The notes under the pieces are model-generated. The model saw only the letters and a program-made list of their open reading frames with translations. It had not been told where the DNA came from and searched no databases. Shown here in pieces: positions 24,701 to 39,700 of a stretch of DNA of 64,000 nt. The position numbers and the translations under genes are program-made. The stretch is from contig NC_045138.2 in the NCBI RefSeq assembly GCF_008831285.2, positions 37,944,001-38,008,000 on the forward strand, in the 5' to 3' direction. The stretch's first letter is position 1. The number at the start of each line of letters is the position of its first letter. The stretch is from Nymphaea colorata (taxonomy: Eukaryota).

Positions 24701-27700
24701 TGTATTTTCATTGAGATACAATATATCAACAGAATTAATCAATTCTAATTCCTATGTAATACCATAAACATTTTAATTGAAGGAATAATAGATGACAAAC
24801 AAATGGAAATAAATATGATCAAAGAGAGAGGTGAATGAGAATCAGTTACAAGCCAAACATCCTACTTATTTTAGTTTGCTTCACACTAACTGGATCAGCT
24901 TTACAAGTAAACATGCTTTCTTTTACATTGTCTCCCTTGTGTATCAGTTTATTTTCACATACATTCTCCATTTTATAAAGCTCATATCACCATCATGGAA
25001 CCATTTAACAGCCTACCAGCAGAAGAAAGTGAATTGTCAAAAGCAACACTTCATGACTGTCCTGCTAGTGGCACTAATTGCATTTCAAAAGGGTTGAATA
25101 AACTAAGGTAGGGGAAAAAAAACAGCTAAAAATATCTGCTAACAGAAGGTGCTTGATAACATCTTACTTTGAAATCATCAATGAGAGCAAAGTCAGGGAA
25201 AAAAGGTAAAATGTCTTCTATCTTTAGAAGACCATCCGTTTCCTTCAGAAATGCTATAGCTTTCCGTATGTTCTCCCTTTTCGATCCCTTTTCCTGTTCG
25301 ATGACATGCTTTGCTACCATAAGCCAAAGTTTCTTCCTCAAGTCCTCATCATCTTCAACCTTATCTGCTTCTGCCATTGCAAGCTCAGGATCCACCTATA
25401 GAAACAACAAGAAAATAATGGCTTAATAATTAGACAGAAAAAAAAAACTTTATTCTTAAAAAATAAATGAGTATATATGGCAAAAAGAAACTTATTAAGA
25501 GCAGATACAACTGGAATGACAGGATGGTAAGATATCTCAAAATACATGGCATGTACTTAGTGGGAATAAGAATGTGGGACTCTTAAAATTGCATTTGCTA
25601 GCAAAATTTAGACTAGAGCATACCAGAAAGCTGAACTAGATTCCAATAAAATTTGAGAACATAACTGACATGATATTTCATATAAAAGCTGGTCCTATCT
25701 AATGAGAAAAACATGCATACATAATTCTCCCATCATTGTTATGATGTATTTCTCTGAGATGCAAGTAACCTGCAAGATGACCCATCCAATATCTTCTCAG
25801 CTACAAGAAATTCACAATACATTGAAAAATGTTTTGACAGAGACAAAGATATGATTGAAAAGATTATCTGCATCATATCTACATAAAAAATGGCATTGGC
25901 CATGCAGGAAAAGGCCTTTAGCTGTGAAATGGCATTGGCCACATAGGGCAAGACATAACGTTATTTATTATAGTCTGAAAAACAAGAAAATTACAAGAAA
26001 TGCTTTTTCTATCAACATTTGTAAGGGAAAAGTTTCCTGACATCCTATCTTACAAAATGACTTCAAAAAGATCATGTGTTGATTCTGTAACACATCCTCA
26101 TATCAAGAACATGCTTCTGCTGTTCTGCATTGCTCTGCAACAAATAGGTAAAAGACTTTTACACATGCATAGACGCTGTTCACAAAATCAAATGATTTTC
26201 CAAAGTAATCAAATCAAGAGATTCAAGACTACAGTTTAACACCAACATAATAATGTATAAAGCTATCATTTAGGAAGAAGTAAATGATGGATACAGAAAG
26301 CATATGATATGAACAGAAGAAAAGGGAGCACAATGTTTGTCATTACCCTCAAAGCAAGAGCCACAGCTTCTTCATGCATTCCCATCATGCCATAAATGTA
26401 AATGCATGAACGCATTCGCCTCTCTTTGAGGCACAGTCTAAGTGCATACTTAGGATCATAACAGTAATCAGGCCCAGTTGTTCGACCTTTACCAAATTTG
26501 CATTGAAGAAACCGCAATAATGCACTTTCATCATCCTGTTAGAATCCAAAGGAAAAGCATTGAGAACAGTCCCTTGAATACAACATTTTAGAAAACTCAG
26601 GAGCAATATGAATCTAAGATTATCAAAGCAAAAGGTCGAACATATGAAGCATTCAATAACTACAACCATCAATCTCTTCAGCATATTGTTTCGAGTAAAA
26701 TATAACTATAACTGACAACCTCAATATTGATATAATAAAATATTGGTGCACAATACAGATCAAGTCCTGAAACAGAACTATAATAAAACTCAGGCTAAGT
26801 TTTTGAAGATTGACAAAAACTTTCAAGTGGAGATCATATGAGAAAGGTGTAAATTTTCATTAGATCACCTAGCATTTGTGCGATTTGAAGAAAACACCAA
26901 TATTTCAAGAATCCAAAAGGACACCCTTATTAGCTTTAGCTGCAACAAACCTTGAAGCCAGCAAATCACAACTGTTCAATGCACATGGTTGGCCACATTG
27001 AATCCAGCATTATCAGATAATAGTCAAAACTACAGATAGCAGATAAAGTTAGTGACAAGGTGCTGACAATGTCCACCACTACTTCGACAACATTCCTGAA
27101 GTACTTCTTGCATTCAAGAACAGATCATGTCAATGCAAGATGTGAAAGACAAGTAAAGCATCTCATGCGACAGCCATTAAGGGAGTCTAATTCCCTGCTT
27201 TTTTTTTGGATCAGATAGAGAGTTGAGAACAGGGTCCTCTTTCAACCCATAGCCTATATTAAAATATAAGTTCCTGATATGGAATTTTGATGTTCATGTA
27301 CGTGTCCTACATACTTTTTTTAAGAATAAAAGGCAGAGGCTTCTTCCCAAGCAGTCCCATGCTGACAAACAAAAGATTAATTCAGCTGAGATGCAGAAAC
27401 GAAAAACACAAGAGCTGAATCAGGTCCTAGAGTTTCCCACCCAATGCTAACTAATCTTTATAAATATGAAGTTCATGGACTAGATTGGGCTTTAGGGCTT
27501 TGAACATATGAACATTTAAAATACAAGTTGCTAGCTGTTTCAAGCAGCATAAATATGTTCATGGACTAGATTGGGCTTTAGAGCTTTGAACAGATGAACA
27601 TTTAAAATCCAAGTTGCTAGCTGTTACAAGCAGCAAAAACACTCATACAGACATACACAAATGGCCTTGCAGGAGGCAAAAACAAACCCTCCCAAGCCTT

Positions 27701-30700
27701 CATTACAGCTCTCCTAATTGATGATTATTCACATTAACATTGCTGAGTTGCACAAAAATCAGAGATGATAAAAAATGACACCAATCTAGAACCAAATACA
27801 AGTCCACAATGCTAAACACCTTCAAAATCACAGAACAGGTTTTGAAGAGAATACTTGGCAAGATAGTTAAAGTTCCTAAGAGATCAAAATGCAAATGACT
27901 CAACCCGAAAATGACATAACATCAAAAAAGGCAGCAGTTCTAGAAGTTTTGACAATGGACAACACATATAAAAAGACAGGTGGCTACATCACAAATAAAA
28001 AACAGGTAGCTAGTGACCAAGAAGTTCCATTGACCTGCCTTACCTGCTTTGCATACAATGCAAGCAACAAATTGTGCACTGCTGGATCCTCATTTTGCAA
28101 CCGATGGACACAGAATTCTAAATACTTGATGACTTCATGTGTTTCATTTCTGCATTTATAGTGTGATTGTATCAAAACAAGCAATGTAAATGATAAAAAT
28201 TGGAAATTCAAAAGAAATCAAGATACAAAAACACACGTGAAAATGACACTGTTAAAGGAAAAAATCATTAGCATGCTGTCAAGAAAGAAAAAGAAATGAC
28301 AAACCAAATTTAACCTAAAAAGGCACAGCCTACAAATTGCATGCCTCCATCTCATAGCCTAAAGAAGTCACAAGCTCAACAAATAACTGCAACTAAATGC
28401 AGTAAATAAATAAAAAGAAAACAGAAGAGCAATAAGATGCTAAGAAGATTGAATAACCAAAACCTATCAAAACATAGGACCCAATCTTCATGAAAGGTCA
28501 ACTGAAATTTTGGAAGGAAAAACAATACATTCTTAAGGTCCAGCATGAATTTCAAAAATCTACAATTAGGTTGAAAATTGCACTCTGAAAGTACTTTACT
28601 AATTCAGGCATATAAAGCTCTCTTTTTTAATATTAGTACTACAGCAAAAAAAATCTGGATAAAATTCTCCAAAGTAAAAATTCATTCAGGGTATCTGCCA
28701 TGTCACATGGGCAATTTGAATACATCCAATCAATTTTTCAAAGAACTACCAGAATGTATGCAGCACCACAATAAAAGAGCTTCTCAAACTTGTAGCATAA
28801 GAGGTATAATAGAACCACTGTCTCTAACTAGAACATGCACAGAATCTTGAAAGTTAGAGAATGCACGGAAACTTGAAAATCACAAGACTACAAGTACAAG
28901 AACCAGAATGAGGAATCAAGCAACATTGCTTGCATCCTGGTAAGGCAAAGCATCTTCTTTTAAAGAAGCATACAGTTCCATCTTTCACTTGTGAGAGTCA
29001 ACCCATTTTTCTGAAAAGGGATCCTTATACAATCCAAGTGATCTGAGGAAGTCAAATTCTAACTTCAGCAAATCCTTCATTCAACAGCAAGATAGAGCGA
29101 CTTCAAAGAGGTCAGTTTACCAAGATGTTAATCTCCAACCTTATTTGGTTGTAACCTCTCAACCTCCAAACTCCAAGTGATTATGGCCATAGCAAGGAAC
29201 TGTCAAAAAGTGCACCCGCAACCCCCGGCGGGCCTCCCCATCCCCATGCACACACAAAATTGACTAACCATGGGAAAATGTTCAACTTCAAGAATCTAAC
29301 ACCAGTTTAGATTCCTTTTTCATGAAAGCCTATCAGAAGTTATTTTTGTATAAATTATCCTACAGCCATGCCTCCTTCTATCTTGTACCCCCTCCTGAAG
29401 ATTAAGGACAATCAGCTGCTTCCCATAATCAGCATCTTCCAACATATAAAGTAAAATTATAAGGCATATCTCCTTCATGATTGTTGCTTGAACTTCCTTT
29501 AACAAGCATTTACCTTCCCTGCAATCTTGAGAAGGAATCTATCCCAACCAAAGAAGATGGAAATGATAAAGACAGCTAAAAGAGGCAAAAAAAAAAGATA
29601 CTGAGTCATTTGGTGTCAAGTACAAGGCACAGGATGAACTATCTTCTACCATTCAATGTTAGATAAAGGCATAGAACTCCTTGATCAAATTGCTTGAAAA
29701 TCCTTCTTTTTCTTTTTTTTCAGTCCAATGGATTTTGCATGTGAAGAAATATATATTTAACCACAGAAGCAATGAAAGTAGGACACGAAAAGAAGTTCAA
29801 GCTTAAACCATGGAAACATGCAAAAAAAGAGGTCAAATTATCATCTCTCCAGCAAAGGTCCAGATATTTTAATTTTGCAAATATTAAGAATTCAAACAGA
29901 AGCAGTTGTGCTTAAAAGTGACAGTAACTCAACTTAATACAATAATGGATGTTGTAAATATTACTTGGCATGTGGTTCACTAGAATAGCGCATCATTGCT
30001 GGGATCAATCTCCTTGGATCCAAGTTGTTTGTTGTCATCCACGCTTCAACAGTCTCATATGCATCAAGCATTATGAGATCTGGTGAAAATTTGTACTGTA
30101 TAATTTTGAAAAGATACAAACTAGTGTGTTAGAGAACACTTAGATAAAACACTTTCACTGTGAAAGAGAGTCTGGTGACAGATCATGCAGCTATCAATGA
30201 AAAGGAATACAGAAAAGATTATAAAATGAAGAAAATGCACCTGTAGTTCCACAGGAACGCTTGGTTTTTGCAGCACCTCCAAGGCCTTTCTTGCTTCCCC
30301 TAGCTACATTGCACAAAAAGAAGGAAAAGGCAGCATCACTAATTGAATGTTCTTTGCTCATTATAGCAACACCAGAAATACAGAACGTTTACTAGAGGAT
30401 CTTATAAGCACTTCCATATATTGCTAATGAGTCAGCCATTTAACAGGACCTTGCCGGCATAACAAATTAGTAGAAGTACTACAAATCATTATTGCAGCTC
30501 GGTTAGGAAAAGATCACTTAGATGACATTAACAACTATATTTTTCATGATATGGTTAGTTAGAAGTAGGGTTGCCATGGCAAAACTTTGAGATATATAAA
30601 CTCAAATCCTTCACTGGAAAGACTTGGGGAAGCTTTCTAGCATCATCTCTCCTCTAAAAGAAGTAACAAGGTGTTAGCTGAAACAGTATACTAAAAAATA

Positions 30701-33700
30701 AAATTTTTCTGCAGTAGGATCAGAAAAACTAGAGCAGTCACAAATATAGCTTTCAGGCCTTTTACTAGAGAGCTCAAGTATTTCTTATGGCAGTTGTTTC
30801 TCTTGGGAAAAACTTGTGAATGCACAAAATGTAAAAAATAATAAAAAATAACAGAAAATTATGAAATTAAAGGTTCAATACAATTTCCTTAGAAACATAT
30901 TGAGAAAAGATCAAAATAACCTCTAAAACTTCTAAAACAAACTCAAAAAGGAAACAAGCACAGTTTATAAAAAAGTAGCAAAATATTGCAGTAATATCAG
31001 GAATCCATGATATTATCACGAGAAACATCTTCAGGCAAAATTTTGAAAATAGAGTGAGATTTTTTCCTTTGGAAAATGGGTTATGCTGTTTTCACAGAAA
31101 AAACTTGTTATTTCGTAGGCAACTAAGATCCAAACTTATAACAAACAACTTTCCAGTATCAAATAATGGCAAGCACATATTTCCAGCAAAAAACATCAAC
31201 CTATATCAATTTTAAAATTTTGAGTTTGCATTTTGATATCTTAAGAGTAAAATTGAAGCCACATTCAAGTACCTACATAGTCATACACATATATATGAGA
31301 GAATTAGATAAAGCAATTTGGAACTTTTACAAATTTTGGATTAAAAAAAGAAAATACAAACTTCATAGAATGGGTTTATCGTCCAACAAAGTTAAGACCA
31401 TTGATTTCAAAATCCTTAAAATCCAATCTACACATCAGACTGCCATGAATATTTTGTCCTATATATTTGGATGTTTGTCATCCATCCAAGGGATTAGACT
31501 TTAAAAAACCACTTAGAAATAGATCTAAAGGCCCACCAGCTTTTAATGGCTGATATGCCATATATATATATATATAAGAAATTGTCATGTATATCATTCT
31601 CGGATTTTTCATCAGCGAGGTTCTGGTCAGGTCTTAACCAAAAGTTTGATTTTCTCAAGAACTTTGAAAAATAATAGAAAAAAAGATGAAATTTAAGTTT
31701 TTTACAAATTTGTTACAAAAATATCAAAAAAAAATTAAATACCTATTAAAATGTTAAAAGAACACCATAATTTTTTAAATACATCCAAAACATTTTTCTT
31801 GAAAAAGACAATATTTTCATTGTGACCTTATTTCGTAATATCACATTTTCATGTTTTTATTATTTTTCATTGCTTCCTATTTTTTACATTTTTAGATAAA
31901 TGGTGATGCTTGTGATAGTAATATATATGTGGCTCATGAAATAAGTAGATCAAGCAAACATGTGGACCAAGTGCATTGATTATGAGTCATTCAGTCAACT
32001 TGACTGATAATGCACAAGGTGTCATATGGAAATTTATTTTTTCGAAAAGGTGGATAAAAACTAAATGGTTGACATTCAACAACTAACTTTACATGTGGTA
32101 CCATATCTAAACTAAATAAATATGAAGGCTATGTGTATTGAGTGACTAACCAATTTGACTGATAGTTCATAAAGTGTCATATATAAACTTATTTTTCTGA
32201 CAAGTTGATAACTAGCATTTTTTATTTTATTTTACATGTCACACATTGTAAACCATCAATCAAGTTAATTTGACTGCTCTACTCTATTATCTCTGCAGTC
32301 TGCACCACATGAATGAACATAATGACAACAATAACGAAGGGAAAAGCAACCTGGATATAATGATGAACCACAGTCTCATACCGCCCCTTCAGACTAGCAA
32401 AATAGACCAATTCATCTACTCTACCATAGCTGCAATAATGGTCAAAATCCATAAGTATATGCTTACTAACGATGCAAACCAATTAGTTCTACCAAAGACA
32501 CTCAAAAACAAATACTAAGTAGAAGTTCTATGTAACCTTATCCAATTAAGACAAATTGAAGTATACAGAAAACTATTGCTGTAAGCTCCATCCTTAACGT
32601 GTCCTATGCTATGTGTTGTTAGTATATAAGATGCGTACATCCTTGAGAATTGACATCGAACTGAGATGTAACTACTAACTAACCTATATATCAGTGTTGG
32701 GCACAAATAATATATGATGATACGATATGAAAAGGATAGTAATTTCAAGGACACAGGAGCCAGTCTGTAGTTTTGGTCATGTGCTACAAGAAAAGGCCCT
32801 AAGCCTAATGAAGTGAGAGCAGATCATATGATGCGCCAGACTACATTTGGAAAGAGACATGAACTTTCCACCATCTCTTGTTTATGAGCAGTCAAATATG
32901 AGCATTAATGATGTATTTTTCAATTTTTTTGGATGAGACCAATGGAGGAGTGAGAATGTTCGAGCCCTTTGTAAATAAAGTGGACAGCTGACCACATACG
33001 AGCACCTATAGATAGAGAACTTTGGAAGTGGTTCAGACAAATAAAGAGGAGTTATAAACCATTTGATGTACTTATCATCGGCTTAGTTTCTTATTTAATA
33101 TGAGTCCTTTTGTTATTTTGTCTTTCTTATACAATATGCATCTAATTCATAAGTTGTAACATAATGTCTCGAATATTTCACGTCCCGTGTTTTACATAGT
33201 TCATGATTTTGCAATTTTTTTAAATTTGATATTCAATTTATTTATAGCTAAATATCATGGCTTGCATTATGAAATTTTGATGTCAGATATGTCATCCACT
33301 GGGCCCAAAGGCACTAGCACACTTTACAAACCTGTTATTGCTAACCACCCCCAACAACTGGCCATTGATAAGCAATCACAACTCATATTCAAAGCCACTG
33401 CCCATGATGCTATTTATACCAACAGTATCACTTGAAGCCAAAAAGCTAAAACCAATGGCCTCGCTTAAGTTTGAAAACAGCTAGTGAGCGGAGATTTTGT
33501 TTATCGACAAGACTGGGTAGGCAGATGCTTGTTAACAGAACATGCCAAAAAGACATCCCAGATATTGTGTTCTTGAACTCCTCAAAGTTGAAGGTCTTAG
33601 GCAGTGCTCCAGCTATGTGGACAGTACTCCTTTCGGTAAGTGGAGAAGACTGTTTCTGTCTATAGCCTACATATATACATAACATATGTATTCAAAGAAT

Positions 33701-36700
33701 GAAGGTAGGCCAAGAAAGAGACCATAGGACCAATTGAGAATAAAGTGAGCCAAGTGATTCTGGTTTGCGCTTGAACATGTGCCAGATCAAGAAGTATCTA
33801 AAGGCTGCATTGGCACAAATAGTTTCTCTGCATGAAATGGTTCAGGCATATTTCATGCATGATGAAGCTACAGGTGAATAAGGTCTTCACAAGCTTGCAT
33901 CTAAATCTGTGTCAATCACATTGTCTGTTGTGGCCCACGGCATGCACATAGTACTTTACCTATTTTGCTTCATAAGTTTGATAGATGAAAGTAGAAATAA
34001 GCATTTTATGCCTACGACGCTTGAGCATATGCTACAATTATTCTTTCAAGCAGATACCAAATTATGCATTATTCAAAAGTCAAAACAGTGCCTACACCAC
34101 AAAAGAAAGAAGCATATACAGTTCTCTAAGAAGTGCTGATACAAACCTCTCTAATAGCCGTACAGTTGTAGCTTCATCCAAAACATCTTTGCAATCACTA
34201 AGGAAAGCCTTGAATTCCCTTACGGTAGTTTGGTACTCAGAAGATACACCTTCTACTGTGTCACTGCCAACTCCTGCATCGTCCTCCAATAATAGCCTAT
34301 TGATCTGCAAGAAAAAAAAATGCAACCTCACCTCAATAATTATGCAGAAAAACTCAGTGATATATAAGAATAAATACCACTTTGACTTCACATACAATGG
34401 AAAATTTTTCCAACTATAAACAATGCTGAAGATGTTAGTTAAACAGCAAACAGATTTGTTATTCTGACTCAACACCTTCTTCAGGGTAACACTGATAAAA
34501 GTACATATATAAATTTCTGTCTACATATTCATTCAGATTGTTCCCAAATGCCCCAGTTGTTGCTGATATGTGATACAACATTCCAGTTCCATAAGATTTT
34601 TTCACAAGAAACATAAGGGCAAGAGTTAGATTTTTTAGGCTAACGGTTTAGGCATTAAAAAGAAAAGAAAGAACAAAGTTGATAACACAAAATTCTCAAA
34701 CAAAGGGAAAGGATCTTTTAACTATTAATTTTAATAAAGGGATATTCTCAGTCAAAGAAAGCTGGCTACAGGAATTGAACAGATCTACTATCTGTTGCAA
34801 GGGCGAGCACCAAAGGTTGGAAAGGTGAATGCCCTACAAGCAGAAAGTGGAAAGAATTGGTCATCCTAAACAATGTAAATCAACATCATTCTTTTGCAAA
34901 ATAGCTATACTATACTAATGTCAAGCAACTTCTATGATTTTCACTAACTTCTGATTCCTAAGAATAAGATCCAATCATTAATATACTAAATATTCTGCTA
35001 TTTACTGACCCCTTTAACTTAAAATCATATATTCATTCATAGTCACAAAAAGCATACTCGCGTTTAAACGGCGAGGCTTTTCTTGAGTATGATACGGCAA
35101 GCTTGAAAAAAGGGAAAAAATATGGTAAATATAAAAATTTTAAAAACCCTAAAAATTAAGGAAGAATAAAATAAGTGGGAAACTAATGACACAAACATCA
35201 AAAAATAAGTAAATAAGCAACAAATGAAAACTAGAAAATGAAAACAATCAGTTTGGTATTAAAAAAACATGGGAAAAAATGCCTAAAATGAAAAGAAGGG
35301 GGAAAACGTGAAAAAAGGTTCTTTTTTCGCATCTATTTCGTTTTGACATTTTTTTCAAAAAGAGCAGGAGAAAGAAAGAGGGAAAAGGGGGGAAAGAGAG
35401 AGAGAAGAGGGAAAAGATGGGAGGAGAAAAAAATAGAAAAGAAAAAAACAAAAGAAAACAAGAGAGGTGCGGTCAGCGGTACGCGACTCAGTCAAACCAA
35501 GTTGGGTGTTGTGTCAGGGGGAATCCACACACAAACCCTCACCTGCATCGGCACGGATGTGGTGCCATTTTTGGTGCATCTAAATGGGGCTAACCCTCCT
35601 TCCATTAGTATTTCTTTTTTTTACCATTTATAGATTCGATGTCCATGACTCTGCTGACCATGGATTTTGCCGCACCTGCACCAAAATTGCATGGACCTGA
35701 ATGTGGCAACTGTTTTAGAAAGTCCACGTTAGTTAGAGAAAAACCCATGAGATGTATAATTTTTTTTCTCCTGTTGATGCATTCCATCTGTCTTTCCTGA
35801 AGTCCTATAACCTTCTACCGACAAAACTGAAAGAAGTGATCATGGCTCATTTGCACATTCAAAAGAATGCACTAGATGGACATTTGTCACAGCAAGAGAC
35901 TTTAGTTTACAAGTATGCTAAATAGAACCTTGTAACAAATAAAAGGATTACTAAACCTACTAATAGTGTTAAATTATGTTAAAAATAACCATTCTAACCT
36001 TGTCCAAGTACAACTCAGAAGCCCAGGTGGAAATCAGAGTAATTTGGCATTTATCTTCCTTTGGGAGATTGTCAAGCCGCCACAACAAAAAGGCTCTTAA
36101 AGCATCCTGCAGTATGCAAGAACCAACGATTCAACATAAAGACGTACTTCGAAAGGGAACATCCACAAAGTAGTACCTTGAGACTCTCCAACAATATACA
36201 ACTACGGTTTCATGTAGATGCTCGGTATAGTGGATCGCAACCCGCAAAACAGTATTGTTCAGTTCAACACCCAAAAAAGCATGTAAGCAAACACACAAGA
36301 CAGTAAAAGACCTAAGCACATATGGTCATTAATACCTTTGAAATCTTAGTATAGAAGTGTTCTCAAGCATTCCAAGGGCATGGAATATTACAATCGACCC
36401 CTTCAAAGAACATGTGTCATCACATGTTAAACCTTGTACTAAAGTGTTTAACATAGCTGTGGTACCAACTGTCATGATCTAGGCCAAAAATTAACTCAAG
36501 CGCAAGAAATCAGACTAACATGCAAAGTATAAAGCAAGTTTTTATGAATTCATATGAATGTCCAATGATTTCTGATTGTATAATAACAAGATCACATTCT
36601 ATATACAACTTGAAGTGCTAGAAGCCTAGAACCAGATGAAAGAACTGATAAATTCACAAATGCAATAACTATTAAAAGGTCAATGAAAGGCACAACAAAA

Positions 36701-39700
36701 GAAACAATACAATAACAAAGATTTAGCAAACCTTTGACCAAAAGTTAAAAGCATGCTGCTGTTACCACTAGATTTGCGTGATGTTTTACGCTTTGGCAAT
36801 ACAATCAGGTGAATGATAAAGCAAAGAATGCCTTTGCCATTTCCTGACTACATGTCTTTCAGTTGTTTAACAGCAAGAAAATGGCCTACCTGTTCTCCAG
36901 CACCAATGAACTTCAAAGAAATTTCTTCAAATGATAAAATATAATTCATCTGCAATTAAAAATAGAGATCAAATACTGAATTAGAAACCAAAGGCTAATA
37001 AAATAAGCTTTTTTCCCAAAGAAAAAGTTGCAAGGCCTAAAAAGTGATATTCAGAACTTTTAGTGGGAAGAGACAATATCATTTGAGGTACTTGAAAAAG
37101 CTAACTAATACAGGAATCACTTGCAGACCTTGAGAAGAGGAAAATTGGTATCTGAATACAAACAAAACATATGCATGATTTTCTATTCCACTAGATCACA
37201 CAGAGCTTTACTTGAGTAATCCGGATAACAAGGTCTGGAGTTTTCTGGGAGTCGGAACTCTTAGAAATGAAAATTCAAAGAAATAAGCTTAGTACATAAG
37301 GGCAACTTTTTTTTAATATTTGAATTTATCTTTAGAGTACAATAACAAAGTTACCTGGTATTAAGGGCATTTATTGATAAATTTAAAGTCTTTTATCTCA
37401 AATTCACAGCATACAAAGAGGACAAGTTGCGAAAAGGAAAGAAGCCTTTTCAGTATCCCCAAAATGGGAATATGGTACCATCATTAAATAAATCAGTACT
37501 CTTCATCTTTACAAAAAAATGCCCTGAAGAATAAAATACATAGTATAAAAAGCAAGGAACGGTGAGAACATATGCAATACAAATAGAGTAAACTAGGATC
37601 GTAAGAAACTGAATCCAGAAACAAAACTGAGCACATCGATCTGGGTCACATTATAATCTGAATCTGGATATCATGCAGAATTATCTGCAATAGTTTATCT
37701 CACTGTCCTAAAAGAAGTATCTGCAAGAAACATGTCAGATAGGAAGCCAAATGTTCTCATGTGTAAATGTTCCTAGAATTCCTTCATTTTATTGATTCTT
37801 ATTCGCTTTCATTTTTCCTTTCATTATAACCACAAACTACAAAACCCCATAGAAATAAAAACCATTCTTGACCAGAAAACTTGAAAATGAAAGAACTATG
37901 GGAGGGCTCCATGTAGAAACTAGAAAGCATCTGGCTCAAGATAAGGTTAATATATGCAGCAGGGAGGTCATAGCTATGATTTCCTTTTCATTGGGAAGGT
38001 AAAAAAGTAGCCATAGACACTATTGTGTCCCACAAACTCACATCATGAAGGGCATGTTTAGCCAGCTTATTACTGATTAATGATTCTAGAACAAAAAAAA
38101 AAAAAAAGCTGCAGAAAAATCCATTTCCTGACTTTGATGTTATCAACTTATCATCATTAGCAAAAGCTTGAAAAGGATTACAGAACCATTTATCTGGTCA
38201 CATCCTTCCAATTTGATTAAACTTGCAAAGGATGTTCCTGATGGCAACTGTCTTTCATGTGTTTTTGGTTTGAAATGGCAATGACATGTACAAAATAATT
38301 AGCAGGCTGTCCCAGATTAAGCAGCAAATCTGTATCACCCATTTAACTTTGTATACCCGTGCTTATGCAAATACAAGAGCAAATTATCTTTGGAATCAAG
38401 TGATTAAAAGAAGAAATAATTGGCATGGACAACCTTTAAGGTTTCACATTAAAACAAACAAAATTCAGTCCTTGTAACTTTAAATAAACACTAACTAATT
38501 GTTGTTTAGCAGTTTGGATTTCAGATCAGCTGCTCAGGAGATACTGCAACAGTGCTTGCATCTTCACTGATCAGCTGTTTGGATTTCAGATTAGCTCACC
38601 TTGGCATAGAAGGACGCTGCTCTCAAAAAATCTTTTGCTGAAAAAGCAGCTTCAGCCTGCAGAAAATTAGATTAGATAATTGAATAAATTACAGTAACCT
38701 AACATAGCAGCATAAGTGATGGGCAGAATGAAGGTGTGTGTGTGAGGAAAAAAAGAAAAAACACAGAACCATAATTTGTACAATGACAGATTTTCAAGCC
38801 GAATTTGATGTTACATTACCTGTACCAAGAATACTTGATCCCTTTGGTATGAATTCCTACAGTGTGCCAAAGCAGCAGTGTAGTCCTTCATGTCCAGAAA
38901 AACTTGCCACATATCCTGACCTTCATCATGTACTGAAACCTGCAACTTGAATGTTCAGAAACAAATGATTCTAACTCTGCAGCACTGTACATAAATGATA
39001 CAGACCTCATATATAGAGTTTTGATCATAGGCATAGTATACTCCAGCAGTAGCATCACTGCACAACCCAATAATCCCACTTGCTGCTGACTCTAGTAAAT
39101 GGTCAAACTGCAATTCCTCTATTATGAGCTGGCTAATCCTATTAACAACCTGTAGATGATCAAACATCACAATCAATGTTATCCATATTGTATGATACGA
39201 GGCATATCATATGATACACGTCATATTGGTCGGCAGAACCCATACGATGCACCTACAAAATGCACTTTTCATGTGTACCATAGGTATATGGGCCATAACT
39301 TGTGATATGGTTGTTGTGTCATATGATGCAGCATGCAGCCTATATGGCTGTATCTTGTGATACAGTCGTCCAACTTTTGAAAAAGGGGCACAATGCTGAA
39401 CGCCCCTTTTGAATGATTCTTTTTTTTTAAACGGCTTCTTGCCCTTCATTTATAATACTTCTAACTTCTAAGAGCTAAGGGAGGCAGTTTCTGCTAGTCT
39501 TGGAGCAAAGTTGTCAAGTAAACCATCGATTTGAGAGAGAAATCATCAGTTTGAAGGGATATTTACTCGTGAAAAACCCATTCGTGCTTTGAAAAAAGGA
39601 TTTTGTGTTTCTTCTTCTACAAAAGGTTATAATCTCTCAATTTCAAGTTTTACGTATATTTCTATTGTATTATAAAATTTACCATAGGTTTGTATTTATT

